DNA of 64,000 nt from assembly GCA_050952625.1 (NCBI GenBank), contig JBMNLH010000001.1:1600001-1664000 (forward strand), given 5' to 3'. A model generated the notes under the pieces. It saw nothing but the letters and a program-made list of their open reading frames with translations, did not search any database and was not told the origin of the DNA. This stretch comes from Bacillota bacterium. GTDB taxonomy: Bacteria; Bacillota; Ch66; Ch109. Made by a program: the position numbers and the translations under genes. Positions 63,457-64,000 of this stretch are shown here, piece after piece (position 1 is the first letter of the stretch; the number at the start of each line of letters is the position of its first letter).

Positions 63457-63667
63457 TTTATCTGAATCAAAAGACTCCCACTTCTATAAGTGGGGGTTAC
63501 CTTGCATAATCAGAAAGTATAAGTGGACTTTCTGATTATAAGTAGTGCAACTAGGGCTTCCGCCTTGCACCAAGGGCTTGGCGTAAGCCAAGTTTTTTAT
63601 TTAAACGTCAGGCGGAGCAGAGTCTCCACCTGGAGCCTCGATGTTCAGTGAAGCTGACCGAGTTCAC
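63457..63667 (+). mobile_element. Family A element, most complete copy, with nested insert (63505-63598)
   Basis: TTTAT-CTGAATCAAAAGACTCCCACTTCTATAAGTGGGGGTTACCTTG-[insert]-...GAGTTCAC. Confidence 0.78.
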
Positions 63668-64000
63668 TCAATAACTATGACCGCACTGTTTTGGCCATCT
63701 ATCCAGTTATACAGGAATTCAGCATGGCTGGTAAAATTCCGCACACACATATGGGAACGGGGGAAACGTCCCAATTGTATGGAGATATTCTTTCGTTCCC
63801 GGGTCTACCTTCTCTCCATTCTTTTCTTCATATTCTACCGGCACGCCGTGAATATAGGCCCCGCCGGTGAACCGAATGGCAAAAGGCGCATAACCAGCCA
63901 CATCCGACGTGTTTTTTTTGCAGATATTCAAACCGGTCTACCTTATTAATAACCTTATAACTGCCAAGAGTGGTTTCAAAGGAGCCATCGCCTGATAACC
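63664..64000 (-). CDS. L,D-transpeptidase (YkuD) C-terminal part, two homopolymer frameshifts; 5' end outside window
   Basis: YAPFAIRFTGGAYIHGVP and, after correcting a G5 run, RSHMCVRN (catalytic His/Cys). Confidence 0.75.

Noticed and set aside
551-63949. Many short antisense or overlapping ORFs in the track (e.g. 551-802, 8749-9198, 34072-34581, 42559-43092, 46318-46791, 63641-63949)
   Set aside because: They are shadows of well-supported genes on the opposite strand or frame, with no SD or recognisable motifs.

Overview
Firmicute (Clostridia-like anaerobe; taxon inferred from SLH proteins, a T-box and sigmaA promoters) chromosomal accessory region. It has about 50 genes and no rRNA, tRNA or CRISPR array. 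Content in order: ABC exporter plus TetR; proA; a giant pseudokinase-AAA-GAF-PAS-histidine kinase with a hybrid kinase; an OmpR two-component pair; DUF1538/P-II; a ~1540 aa S-layer-anchored protein with a divergent HTH regulator; a half-size PurL-like enzyme; hsp20; nagZ; T-box-controlled trpB2; a Ca-type P-ATPase; uppP. A 37-60 kb stress/defence block follows: two YtrA-type ABC operons, two Phd/RelE pairs, BlaI/BlaR1-like genes, a type I R-M system and a serine hydrolase. The window ends with a degenerate gatB, an HI0933 flavoprotein and a partial L,D-transpeptidase. About nine genes are split by single frameshifts, several in homopolymer runs, which probably reflects assembly error. Best leads: (1) an unannotated 49 aa ORF plus a PARP/ART-fold gene forming a candidate toxin-antitoxin or defence module, inserted beside hsdM and bracketed by a duplicated gene junction; (2) a recurring pattern of gene modules bracketed by diverged 25-55 bp direct repeats and gene stumps; (3) three interleaved families of small palindromic elements, including an IS200/IS605-like non-autonomous element with a nested insert and a RAYT remnant. 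All family assignments come from motif recognition, not database searches.
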